Of a stretch of 64,000 bases of DNA, positions 30,915 through 39,451 are shown piece by piece. The translations under genes and the position numbers were made by a program. The notes beneath the pieces were generated by a model that saw only the letters and a list, made by a program, of their open reading frames with translations, ran no database searches and was not told the origin of the DNA. The stretch spans positions 24,565 through 88,564 of the forward strand of contig CAVQVY010000038.1 of the NCBI GenBank assembly GCA_963717185.1. Reading direction: 5' to 3'. This DNA is from Candidatus Dormiibacterota bacterium (lineage in GTDB: Bacteria; Chloroflexota; Dormibacteria; Aeolococcales; Aeolococcaceae). Position 1 is the first letter of the stretch. Every line of letters starts with the position of its first letter.

Positions 30915-31238
30915 AGTCACCTCCTTTTAACTCACTGAGCCCTCTGGAAGCTATCTGAGGTGGGAGTGATTTCCCCGGATGGTTTCCAAATGAACATAAA
31001 ATTCAACACAATGACCGGATTCGCATAAAACTGTTAATTAGAGAAAAAAGTGCGACAAGTACAGCAAGGGTTCCCCAAGCCACAAGCACGCTGTATTTTT
31101 CCGGTTCTCGCTTGGTCGTTGTGGCGGCAACTTAGATCAGCTAGGGCGATACTTCTATTCAATAATATGCATCAATTGATTCGCTCCATTAATAAATTGA
31201 TAACAGAAGAAAGTTTCTCAATTGCGGGCAGAAAGCCT

Positions 31239-32180
31239 TTACTGAAGATGGTGGTCCGGCGAAAACAGTGTCGCACCTTTAGCCCTCACGGCTTCAACGA
31301 AGCGCTGAGCTGCCGGTGAGAGGTAGGAATTCTTTCTCCAGGTCACCCCGAGACTGCGGCGCATGGTCGTGTCCTTTAGGGGAATTTCCCTGAGTCTTGC
31401 GCCGTTGTGACCTCCGCGAAGGTTGTGTCGCGAAACGAAGCTGATCAAGTCACTCTCCCCGATCACCGAAGAGAGCAGAGAGATGACATTCGCTTCAATT
31501 TGGACCGTGGGCTTGGACAACCCGCGTAGTTCAAAGGTGCGATCCAGCCACTGGCGGCTGGCTGCCTGCCGGGTCGGGAGAACCCAGCGATAGGTAAGAG
31601 AATCCTGCAAGCGGATGCTGCGCTTTCGAAAAATCCTGTGCCGCACCCTGGCGGCGACAACGAAAACGTCCTCGACCAAAGAACACGAGCAGAAGTCGTC
31701 TCCGACCTCGGTGACCGGACCGAGTACGAGATCCAGGCTGCCGGCTTTCAGCAACCGAAGAAGTTCAGCGTTCCATCCGATCACGACCTCGGTGGTTATA
31801 TCCTTCCCTTGAGAAAGAAGCGTGCGGCAGACGGCGGGCAAGAGGCGTTCTGCGGTGATCGGCCCGGTTCCGATGAGCACGTGCCCGGAGCTTCCATGCT
31901 CGAAATCGTCCACCTGTTGAAGCGTATCTTCCGCGACCCGCCTTAAGACACGGGCGCGGTTCAACAGCAGTATTCCCACCGGAGTGAGTTGGATTCCGCG
32001 GCCCACGCGCTCAAATAAACGCGCGCTAAGAGCATCCTCCAAGCGGTGAACGCAACGGGTTAGTGCAGGCTGCGTGCGGCCCAATTTTTTCGAAGCGCGG
32101 CCAAGATGGCTGCACTCGGCAATGGTTTCAAAAAACAGGAGGTCGCGAAGTTCCAGCCGCTCCAAAAGAGGAAAATACAT
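31239..32180 (-). CDS. LysR-family transcriptional regulator
   Basis: LRDLLFFETIAECSHLGRASKKLGRTQPALTRCVHRLEDAL is a LysR HTH. The gene is divergent from the HMG-CoA lyase gene. Confidence 0.85.
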   Translation of the reverse strand: MYFPLLERLELRDLLFFETIAECSHLGRASKKLGRTQPALTRCVHRLEDALSARLFERVGRGIQLTPVGILLLNRARVLRRVAEDTLQQVDDFEHGSSGHVLIGTGPITAERLLPAVCRTLLSQGKDITTEVVIGWNAELLRLLKAGSLDLVLGPVTEVGDDFCSCSLVEDVFVVAARVRHRIFRKRSIRLQDSLTYRWVLPTRQAASRQWLDRTFELRGLSKPTVQIEANVISLLSSVIGESDLISFVSRHNLRGGHNGARLREIPLKDTTMRRSLGVTWRKNSYLSPAAQRFVEAVRAKGATLFSPDHHLQ

Positions 32181-32381
32181 TCGATGACTCCCGCGCATTG
32201 TTCGATGACAAAAAGATACTAGTTGTAATCAATTAAATATGTCAATGTTCGGCCCCCGGCGGGCGCCACCCAAGAAGTGTTTGTGTGCACCGGGCGACTG
32301 GCCTTCAAGAAAGTGGCCGGCGGACAATATCGACAGGACCGTGGCCGATAGCAAAGGACTGACAAAAGAGCCGCCAAGAAG

Positions 32382-33329
32382 ATGCCAAACGACATCGATG
32401 TTCTCGTAAGTGAGGTTGGCCCCCGCGACGGACTCCAGAGCCTGCCACGGTTCGTGCCGACACTCATCAAGCACCGATGGATTTCGGCGCTCGTCTCATC
32501 GGGACTGCGGGAAATAGAAGTGACCTCGTTTGTCCCCGCCACCTTGCTGCCGCAGTTAGCCGACGCTGACGAAGTGGTCCGGCAAGCAGCAACAATTCCA
32601 GGGTTGACGGTCGTGGCGCTGGTGCCCAACCGGGTGGGCGCGGAGCACGCCTTTGCAGCCGGAGCACACAAAATCACGATGCCTGTTTCAGCCTCCCGGA
32701 AGCACAGCATGGCTAACCTGCGGAAAAGTCCAGAACAGGCAATCAAGGAGGTTGCAGCCTCCTGCGTGCTTCGGGATAGCTTTGCCGCAGAAGGGCGCCC
32801 GCAAGTCAAGGTCGCTGTTGCCACTGCTTTTGGCTGCGCCGAAGAAGGAGTGGTATCCGAGGATTGGGTGATGGAAATTGCGTCAACCGTTGTCCGGGCC
32901 GGGGCGGATTCTGTGGTCCTGGCGGATTCCACCGGCTATGGCAATCCGGCCCAGGTGAAGCGCATGTTCACTCGGCTCCGGCGGGAGATTGGCGAGAAGG
33001 CCGATGGCGCTCATTTCCACGATACCTTTGGGCTGGGGCTGGCGAACGTCGTGGCGGCCCTGGAAGCGGGAATCAAATCATTTGATTCCTCCCTAGGCGG
33101 TTTGGGCGGCTGCCCCTACATCCCGGGGGCAACCGGAAACATCGTGACCGAGGATCTCGTCTACCTTCTCGAGTCGATCGGGCTGCGCACCGGCATCGAT
33201 CTGAACAAATTGGCCGAGGCTCGAGGAATCCTTCTCGAAGGTTTACCCGGCGAGTCCCTAGGGGGGCACATAGCCAAAGCTGGCTTGCCGAAGGGCTTTA
33301 CACTGGCGTCCAAACGTCACTCCGCATGA
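32382..33329 (+). CDS. Hydroxymethylglutaryl-CoA lyase family protein
   Basis: EVGPRDGLQS...ADSTGYGNP...HFHDTFGLGLANVVAALEAG...GLGGCPY are the HMGL-like signature motifs. Confidence 0.85.
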   Translation: MPNDIDVLVSEVGPRDGLQSLPRFVPTLIKHRWISALVSSGLREIEVTSFVPATLLPQLADADEVVRQAATIPGLTVVALVPNRVGAEHAFAAGAHKITMPVSASRKHSMANLRKSPEQAIKEVAASCVLRDSFAAEGRPQVKVAVATAFGCAEEGVVSEDWVMEIASTVVRAGADSVVLADSTGYGNPAQVKRMFTRLRREIGEKADGAHFHDTFGLGLANVVAALEAGIKSFDSSLGGLGGCPYIPGATGNIVTEDLVYLLESIGLRTGIDLNKLAEARGILLEGLPGESLGGHIAKAGLPKGFTLASKRHSA

Positions 33330-34528
33330 ACAGTACGCTGCCCTGCGAAGGAGTTCGAGTCGTCGAGTTCGCCCACATGGTGATGGGGCCGACATGCGGC
33401 CTTATCCTCGCCGATCTCGGCGCCGACGTCATCAAAGTTGAGCCAGCCAAGGGAGATAATACGCGCCGTCTGGCGGCATCCGGCGCCGGTTTCTGGCCGG
33501 CCTTTAATCGCAACAAGAGGAGTCTCGCGTTGGATGTCGGGTCACCCGAAGGACAGGAAATCATAAAGAAGCTAGTTCAGACCGCCGATGTCGTTACAGA
33601 AAACTTCCGTCCAGGAGCGATGAAACAGCTGGGCCTGGGTTACGACGATTTCAAGCCGCTAAGACCGGATATCATTTACTGTTCATTGAAAGGATTCTTG
33701 AGAGGTCCCTACGGACATCGGGTAGCGCTTGACGAAGTGGTACAGATGATGGGTGGCCTGGCATACATGACAGGGTTAGAAGGCCAGCCTCTCCGCGCAG
33801 GGGCGTCTGTGAACGACATCATGGGCGGAATGTTCGGAGTCATCGCGATCCTGGCCGCCATTATCGAGCGCAACCGGACCGGCCAGGGACAATACATCGA
33901 AGGCGCCCTCTATGAGAACAATGTGTTCTTGATGGCCCAGCACATGCTGCAGTACAGCGTTACCGGAGTGGCCGCGCCTCCCATGTCGAACCGGCTTGTG
34001 TCCTGGGGAATCTACGACGTGTTCACGTCGAGCGATGGCCAACAAGTTTTTGTTGGAGTTGTAACCGACACGCAGTGGAAAACCTTTTGCGACGCCTTCC
34101 GGATGACGAAGTTGGCTGCGGACCCGGAATTGTCGACCAACAATCAGCGGGTTCAAGCTCGCGAACGCGTTCTGCCAGTTGTTCGGGAAGCATTCAGCCG
34201 GATGACCAAAGCCGAGCTTATCGAGAAGTGTGAGCGTGTGGGATTGCCCTTCGCACCGGTGATGAAGCCACAGGAGCTATTCGATGATCCGCATCTGACC
34301 GCTTCCGGCGGCCTGGCCGAGATAACCCTCGCCGATGGGAGAAAGGCAAGAGCGCCCAAGCTCCCTTTCGAAATGGATGGCCGCCGCTTCGGGACGCGCC
34401 TGGACCTTCCGGCCGTCGGAAGCCACACCAAGAGCTTGCTGAACGAACTTGGGTACCCGGACAGCGATATACGGCGGCTCTCGGCCAAAGGTGTGATTCG
34501 GATTACCGACGAGGAAGATTGTTTGTAG
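33326..34528 (+). CDS. CoA-transferase family III (CaiB/BaiF-like)
   Basis: GVRVVEFAHMVMGPTCGLILADLGADVIKVEP...NRNKRSLALD is the family III CoA-transferase N-terminal signature. Its ATG overlaps the upstream stop (ATGA). Confidence 0.85.
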   Translation: MNSTLPCEGVRVVEFAHMVMGPTCGLILADLGADVIKVEPAKGDNTRRLAASGAGFWPAFNRNKRSLALDVGSPEGQEIIKKLVQTADVVTENFRPGAMKQLGLGYDDFKPLRPDIIYCSLKGFLRGPYGHRVALDEVVQMMGGLAYMTGLEGQPLRAGASVNDIMGGMFGVIAILAAIIERNRTGQGQYIEGALYENNVFLMAQHMLQYSVTGVAAPPMSNRLVSWGIYDVFTSSDGQQVFVGVVTDTQWKTFCDAFRMTKLAADPELSTNNQRVQARERVLPVVREAFSRMTKAELIEKCERVGLPFAPVMKPQELFDDPHLTASGGLAEITLADGRKARAPKLPFEMDGRRFGTRLDLPAVGSHTKSLLNELGYPDSDIRRLSAKGVIRITDEEDCL

Positions 34529-34577
34529 GGAGTGTTAGAAATATTTGCCTCTGTTGCCCAATAGCTAGGAGATAGAC

Positions 34578-35915
34578 ATGCTGAGGAAAGTGGAATGGCA
34601 GTTTTTCTCTTCCCTGATGTTTCTTGTGCAATTGATGGTGGCTCCTGTCAGCTTGTGGTCCCAGGCTCCTCCCGTAACCCGGACCTTGGCGATTCGCGCC
34701 GGTCACTTGTTCGATCCGAAATCGGGCGCGATCGTGTCGAATCAAATCGTGCTTATCAGTGGCGACAAGATTGTCGATGTTGGTCCCCCCGATCGAGTTC
34801 AAGTTCCAAGTGATGCAAACGTTATCGATCTCGGTCAGGCGACCTTGCTCCCCGGGCTAATCGATGGTCACGTTCACCTCACTGACGACCAAGGGGGTCT
34901 GCAGCATCAAATGTTGGTCGGGCTGAACAGCGCTACCAGGAGCCTGAATGCCGGCTACACAACCCTCGTCGCAATGGGCTCTCATGGCGGCGGTTACGCG
35001 GATGTAGAGCTTAAAAGAGGCATCGAGAGCGGCCTTGTTCGAGGACCGCGCATCATCACCGCCGGCCCGCTGCTGCAGATTACCACCCCAGGAAGCGCCG
35101 TGTTCCCTTTGGAGTTCAAACCGTTTGTCGCTGACCTGATCGCAAACGGTCCTGAAGAGATGCGGGCGGCTGTGCGAGAACTGGCTCACTATGGTGTTGA
35201 TCACGTGAAGATCATTACCACCGGCCCGTTCTATTTCAAATCCGATGGAACGATGGTCAATCAAGCACTTTTTAGTCTCGAAGAAATAAAAGCGGTCGTG
35301 GATGAAGCGCATCGCCGGGGCCTGTGGGTCGCCAGCCATTCTTACGGAGGAGACGGGCTAAAATGGCCGCTCGAAGCGGGCGTTGATAACATTCAACATG
35401 CGGTTGCCGCAGATGATGCGGACATAAAAACTTTCGTGAACAAGAAGCTTCCGCTGACCGTCACTACGTTGGATATGCGTCAGGACGAACCGGGGGACCT
35501 CAAGCGTTTCGCGCCGTACAGCCGGTTTCGACTCATGGAACAGACCTGGAAGAAGCTCTTAGCGGCGGGAGTCATCCTTGGCTTTGGGAGCGGAGCCGCG
35601 CCGCCTCCGGGGAGGGTATACAACCTGGAATGCAATTGTTCCCATGGAGTCCAAGGTGAAATGTTTCCGCTTTACGTGAAATGGGGCACCAGTCCTTTAT
35701 ATGCGCTGCGGATGGCGACCACTGTAAATGCCCAAATCCTTCATATGGAGGACAAACTCGGCACCATCGAAAAAGGAAAATTTGCGGACATCATCGCTGT
35801 CTCGGGAGATCCACTACAGGATATCAGCGAGCTGCAGCGGGTGAAGTTCGTGATGAAGGGCGGCGAAACCATCCGAAACGATTTCGCGGCGCACGGGATG
35901 ACGGCTTCGCGCTGA
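34578..35915 (+). CDS. Secreted amidohydrolase-family metallohydrolase
   Basis: A signal-like N-terminus is followed by LLPGLIDGHVHL (HxH metal motif). The C-terminal part is GKFADIIAVSGDPLQDISEL. An AGGAGA RBS is present. Confidence 0.8.
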   Translation: MLRKVEWQFFSSLMFLVQLMVAPVSLWSQAPPVTRTLAIRAGHLFDPKSGAIVSNQIVLISGDKIVDVGPPDRVQVPSDANVIDLGQATLLPGLIDGHVHLTDDQGGLQHQMLVGLNSATRSLNAGYTTLVAMGSHGGGYADVELKRGIESGLVRGPRIITAGPLLQITTPGSAVFPLEFKPFVADLIANGPEEMRAAVRELAHYGVDHVKIITTGPFYFKSDGTMVNQALFSLEEIKAVVDEAHRRGLWVASHSYGGDGLKWPLEAGVDNIQHAVAADDADIKTFVNKKLPLTVTTLDMRQDEPGDLKRFAPYSRFRLMEQTWKKLLAAGVILGFGSGAAPPPGRVYNLECNCSHGVQGEMFPLYVKWGTSPLYALRMATTVNAQILHMEDKLGTIEKGKFADIIAVSGDPLQDISELQRVKFVMKGGETIRNDFAAHGMTASR

Positions 35916-36248
35916 CGCCGGGTTTACTTTCGCCTAACCAGAGCGCCTGGTTCGGGCGACGGTGGAAAATCAAAGCTTCGGCGTCGTTTAACTGCCAAAA
36001 AACCGTTCCTCGCTTCTTAGCACTTCGACAGCGCTCGCATTGTCATAACCGTTTCTTCTCCAACTAAGCCTCGACCGTCTTCCATTGTTTCTTCGAAAGA
36101 TCAACCCACTAATTCACCATGCAAGAGGTTCGTTCTTTTTTCAAGGGAGTGCCGAGGCTGCCACCCATCGTGTTTTCGCAACCCCGTCGACGAACAGAAT
36201 CGTTTTGATCTTTGTACAGATAACTCAGCTTCGCGAACGATTTTATTA

Positions 36249-36277
36249 TTGACATTCTCCCCGATGTTCACAATACT
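36249..36277 (+). promoter_or_regulatory. Sigma70-type promoter TTGACA-17 nt-AATACT with AT-rich upstream tract (unit P1)
   Basis: Read directly: TTGACA at 36249-36254 and AATACT at 36272-36277. TTTTATTA lies upstream. An ATG follows 7 nt after the -10 element. Confidence 0.5.
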
Positions 36278-36284
36278 GCAGGCC

Positions 36285-36365
36285 ATGTCTAGCTATTGCT
36301 TTTACGCCTGTAGGTGCTGCGTGGTTTGTTGTCACCAGCAGTGTCTTTTGCCAACGGCGAGCTAG
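36285..36365 (+). CDS. Candidate leaderless Cys-rich micro-ORF P1 (26 aa): MSSYCFYACRCCVVCCHQQCLLPTAS
   Basis: My own translation. It has 7 Cys codons in 26, including two tandem pairs. There is no room for a Shine-Dalgarno sequence. It is too short for the ORF track. Confidence 0.4.
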   Translation: MSSYCFYACRCCVVCCHQQCLLPTAS

Positions 36366-36368
36366 ACG

Positions 36369-36410
36369 ACCCTGACACCTTAGTTCGAGCAGTCAGGGTT
36401 CTTCCTTTGG
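36369..36410 (+). terminator. Hairpin ACCCTGAC-N15-GTCAGGGT followed by TCTTCCTTTGG (weak intrinsic terminator or attenuator)
   Basis: An 8-bp perfect stem starts 3 nt after the P1 stop. The T tract is interrupted, so terminator strength is uncertain. Confidence 0.3.
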
Positions 36411-36547
36411 TATCCTCCTAGTTCTTCGTTGGCTCCCAGTCATTTGCTTTGATCTGCTGCTTGATCTGCATATCAGCGCTTTGGCGTCGGGGCGAATTAT
36501 CTGCTGCCCGACTCAGAGCGAATCTCACCAGGAGAGTGTATTGAGCT

Positions 36548-37360
36548 ATGAGGACTCGTTTCGCTTTTCCTAGTTTAGCCAGCAATCGCCCATGGCAAGC
36601 CGGCAGCAGTGGCATGCGGGGCGTGCGAATGGCGGTCTTATTTTTGTGCTTGCCGGCAACGGTTCTGGGTCAGTCCAAGCCAGCTTCTCAGATTCCGCGT
36701 GCTGCCGATGGTCACCCCGATCTTTCCGGGTTCTGGCAGGTGATAAGCTCCGCGGACTGGAACATTCAGGATCATTCAGCCGAAAAGGGAGTTCCCGCTG
36801 GACAAGGGATTGTAATTGGCAACGAAATTCCCTACCAGTCCTGGGCCGCTGCGAGGAAGAAGGAAAACTATGAGCACCGCGATGCAATGGACCCAAAAGC
36901 AAAATCCTATGTCCCCGGCGTCCCACGGATCACATACACATCGTTTCCTTTCCAAATCGTTCAGACGCCAAACGAAGTGGCAATTCTCTACGAGTATGTC
37001 CACGCTGTTCGTCATCTCTACACTAGCAGGCCCCAACATCCGGCCGGGCACATTGACTTCTGGCTGGGCGATTCACGGGGACATTGGGAGGCTGACACAC
37101 TGGTTGTTGACGTCACGGATTTCAATGATTCTTCGTGGTTCGATCACGCGGGCAATTTCCACAGCGACGCGCTGCACGTCGTTGAACGTTATACCTTCAT
37201 TGATCGGGATCACATCGATTACCAGGCCGCGATTGAAGACCCTAAGGTCTTTACCAAGCCTTGGAAGATCGATGTTGTTCTCTACCGCCATGTGGAGAAA
37301 AACTTCCAGCTACTCGACTATGAAGGGTATGCCTTCGACTATGAAAAATATTATCCATAG
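36548..37360 (+). CDS. Secreted hypothetical protein, paralogue A (PDLSG.W / GDSRGHWE.DTLVVDV family)
   Basis: Signal-like MAVLFLCLPATVLGQS. The motifs GHPDLSGFWQ, IPYQSWAA, GDSRGHWEADTLVVDVT and FTKPWK are shared with the next gene. The start is uncertain (36548, 36614 or 36629). Confidence 0.7.
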   Translation: MRTRFAFPSLASNRPWQAGSSGMRGVRMAVLFLCLPATVLGQSKPASQIPRAADGHPDLSGFWQVISSADWNIQDHSAEKGVPAGQGIVIGNEIPYQSWAAARKKENYEHRDAMDPKAKSYVPGVPRITYTSFPFQIVQTPNEVAILYEYVHAVRHLYTSRPQHPAGHIDFWLGDSRGHWEADTLVVDVTDFNDSSWFDHAGNFHSDALHVVERYTFIDRDHIDYQAAIEDPKVFTKPWKIDVVLYRHVEKNFQLLDYEGYAFDYEKYYP

Positions 37361-37462
37361 CCGCAAATCTTCTTCGTCGAAAAACTGAGTCAACCTGACT
37401 GAACTAGCGGTCCTTCCGGCAACGGGATCGAGCCCACAGTTGCCGCTTGGAGAGAGGATGCC

Positions 37463-38368
37463 ATGAGCGTTCGATCGATTCGCATGACAGTCGTCGGTTC
37501 CCTAGTAGCGGCGGTATTGTCTTTTGCAGTGCCTGTTATTTTCTCCCAGGAGCAAACATCATCTGCCACAGCCGAAACCCGCACTCCCGATGGCCAGCCA
37601 GATATTCAGGGAATCTGGCGGGCCAACCCTGGCGGCGACACCTATGACCTCACGGGTAATAAGCCGCGTCCGGACGTTGGGCTACAAGGCAATGGAAGGC
37701 CTCGGCCGGCGACACACCGGATTGTCGATGGGACCTCCGAAGGCAATATCCCGTACCAGTCCTGGGCCGAAGAAAAACAGAGAGATACCGAAGAACACGC
37801 TGATGACCCCATTAAACCGGAATACGTAGACACGCAGGCGCATTGCCTGCTCGAAGGACCAGGCCGCGTCTTTATCCATTCCGGCTTTCAGATACTCCAA
37901 GCCCCGGGGTATGTCCTTTTCTTTTTTGAAGAAAATGACGAGTCTCGGATCGTTCCTCTCGACGGCCGGCCGCATGTGGGTGAAGATATAAAGCTGTGGC
38001 AAGGAGACTCGCGCGGTCATTGGGAAGGCGACACACTGGTGATCGATGTCACCAATGTAAAGGCGAAATCAAGACTGGACATGGTGGGCGATTTCTACAG
38101 CCCGTCGGCTCACTTTGTCGAGCGGCTGACGCGCGTTGATGACAAAACGATCAACTATGAAGCGACGGTCACCGATCCTACTGTCTATACAAAACCCTGG
38201 AAGCTTACGGCCCGATTCGTGCGCAGATTTCCGAACGGATCTGACTACGAGATGTTTGAAGACGCGTGCCATGAAGGTGAGCGGAGTGCAGATAATCTGG
38301 TGATTCCGGAAGGCATCGCGAAGGAGAATGCTGAGAAGGCCAAGTCTGCCTCCAGGAAGCAACCATAG
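37463..38368 (+). CDS. Secreted hypothetical protein, paralogue B of the same family
   Basis: A GGAGAGAGG RBS is present, and the signal reads VGSLVAAVLSFAVPVIFSQ. Motifs are GQPDIQGIWR, IPYQSWAE, GDSRGHWEGDTLVIDVT and YTKPWK. It retains two Cys (AHCLLEG, DACHEGE) that paralogue A lacks. Confidence 0.75.
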   Translation: MSVRSIRMTVVGSLVAAVLSFAVPVIFSQEQTSSATAETRTPDGQPDIQGIWRANPGGDTYDLTGNKPRPDVGLQGNGRPRPATHRIVDGTSEGNIPYQSWAEEKQRDTEEHADDPIKPEYVDTQAHCLLEGPGRVFIHSGFQILQAPGYVLFFFEENDESRIVPLDGRPHVGEDIKLWQGDSRGHWEGDTLVIDVTNVKAKSRLDMVGDFYSPSAHFVERLTRVDDKTINYEATVTDPTVYTKPWKLTARFVRRFPNGSDYEMFEDACHEGERSADNLVIPEGIAKENAEKAKSASRKQP

Positions 38369-38613
38369 GCGTAGGGGAAAATGGGGTTCGCTTGAGTTCA
38401 TTCAGGGTTTTGCCAAGGAGCTTTCTAACTGAATCGGGCACAGCTGGCGTACGCGGACCCGTTTGCCTCCTCCGGGCAATCGCGCGCTTCGTTTTTTGGA
38501 TGGCGCGGGTAGACGCTCAGGGAGAAACCAGTGGCAGTTCGAGGCCACCAAGCGAGTGCGCCTTTCGAGTGGACCGAAAACCCAACCCCGATCAGCTTAA
38601 CAGGACATGACCG

Positions 38614-39039
38614 TCAGTTTTTATCTGACGGCGAGTCGCTACCCGTGATCTCACCTGCAGAAGTTGCAAGAAGAAAGTCTCGCCCGTCGGGCAACCTGAT
38701 ACTCGCGCCGTTTGCAGTCGGTGTGCCATTCTTAGCCCGATAGCCCTTAACGGTGACTTCGACGCCGGTCGGAAAGTCGGTTTTCCTAACCCCTTTTCTC
38801 AAGAGTGCGCCTGGTCCGCCGGTCTCAATCGCCCAAGTAACGACTTGGCTCTGTTCATTTTTCACGTCGACATAAATCCACCCATGGGGATTCACAAAGT
38901 CAAATTTCTTTAGGGTTCCTTTCAAGGTGACTGGCTGATTGATGTCGAACTCTGAGGTGAAAGAATGATGTGCGAATGCCGGCAGTGCGGCCACCAGAAT
39001 GCTCACAACAACTGGTAAGCGAGACAGCTTTCGTTTCAT
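38614..39039 (-). CDS. DUF6152-like small secreted protein
   Basis: A TAAGGAG RBS precedes the ATG at 39039. The signal peptide ends in PAFA, followed by HHSFTSEFDINQPVTLKGTLKKFDFVNPHGWIYVDV. This is the pattern I recall for DUF6152. Confidence 0.7.
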   Translation of the reverse strand: MKRKLSRLPVVVSILVAALPAFAHHSFTSEFDINQPVTLKGTLKKFDFVNPHGWIYVDVKNEQSQVVTWAIETGGPGALLRKGVRKTDFPTGVEVTVKGYRAKNGTPTANGASIRLPDGRDFLLATSAGEITGSDSPSDKN

Positions 39040-39451
39040 GGAATGCTCCTTAACTTTCATGGCCATAAGTTCTCGACTCATTACTCGAATATCTGACTCC
39101 GGGAACGAAAAGACTGCGCTGCCTTCAAACCACTGCGGGTAGCGCCGAGGGACATCGAACTATCGGTTGATTACCTCCACCGGGGTGGCCGCGGATTCTG
39201 AGCGGGCGTTCGCGTCCGCTCCTCTCGGACCGCTGATGTGACCCAGTCGGCGAATCATGCCTACCTCACCTCAAGTTGAATCGCGCCCACGCAGAATCGC
39301 CGCTACATGCCTGCTCGAAAAGATAATCGACTGTGTGCCACCGGAGATGATTCGCGCGACGTCTCGTCGACTTTCGGCCGTCACCTGGTGCCCATCACCG
39401 TCGGCGAGCTTTCCGTATTGCTGGGCCCCCCGCGAGTAATCCCATTGGCCG

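Noticed and set aside
36101-36286. 61-aa minus-strand ORF overlapping the P1 promoter
   Set aside because: It has no RBS, no recognisable motif and an atypical composition. It overlaps a near-consensus plus-strand promoter.
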